From NCBI GenBank assembly GCA_008632985.1, contig QPGO01000036.1, positions 186,001 through 250,000 on the forward strand: DNA of 64,000 nucleotides, written 5' to 3'. Below are positions 63,720 through 64,000 of the stretch, in pieces. Within the stretch, counting starts at the first letter, position 1; every line of letters begins with the position of its first letter. Origin of the DNA: Psammoneis japonica. Lineage: Eukaryota. A program made the position numbers and the translations under genes. The notes below the pieces were generated by a model. The model was not told where the DNA came from. It searched no databases and saw only the letters and a program-made list of their open reading frames with translations.

Positions 63720-63925
63720 TCGTAATAGCTCTCCGGCTCCCTACGGTACTCTCTAATCTAGAGCTACTACTCTCTACGGTAGTAGCTAGTCTACTCTAGA
63801 GCTACTACTCTCTAGTAGCTAGAGTAGCTCTACTAGAGCTAGAGTAGCTCTCTACTACTTGTAGCTCTGTTAGCTCTCTCTAGCTAGCTAGCTAGTAGAG
63901 AGTACTTCTAGTAGAGAGTAGAGGT
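63720..63925. repeat. TAG/CTA-rich low-complexity island
   Basis: ctagagctactactctcta occurs twice, plus tagctagctagctagtagagagtac. Confidence 0.85.
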
Positions 63926-64000
63926 CCTATCGTGAGAGGCCTCGTGCGCGCAACGCAACCGAAACCCGGCATCGGCATGGCCGGCCACTGGCCGCCGGAG

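Overview
Eukaryotic nuclear DNA, most likely from a pennate diatom. The basis is compact genes with ~80-170 nt GT-AG introns, an LHC/fucoxanthin-chlorophyll protein with an ASAFAP-type plastid presequence, and diatom-type gene families. Ordinary gene islands encode a TTL-like protein, two Tweety-like paralogs, JmjC, DCTPP1-like, LHC, histidine phosphatase, Fic-RING, triuret/biuret hydrolase-like, inositol 5-phosphatase-like, RPA12 and an NCS2/AzgA-like permease. These islands alternate with repeat/transposon-derived domains (~3170-8000, ~16800-33190, ~42850-44640, ~53640-56620) from which the dinucleotide TpA has been largely or almost completely erased and replaced by TpG/CpA. Within-window evidence points to a repeat-targeted, TpA-specific A:T->G:C hypermutation process. 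That evidence is Tyr->Cys/His replacement across half of a still-open DDE transposase ORF, TAC/TGC/CAC at one homologous site in three repeat copies, TG<->CA swaps between dispersed copies, and TpA loss while CpG is retained. The process would be a mirror image of fungal RIP. The alternative is a TpA base modification that the sequencer misreads. The hundreds of short Cys/His/Gln-rich ORFs in these domains are artefacts of lost TAA/TAG stops. Five otherwise intact genes have a single missing base at short T runs, suggesting consensus errors. All counts were made by eye.
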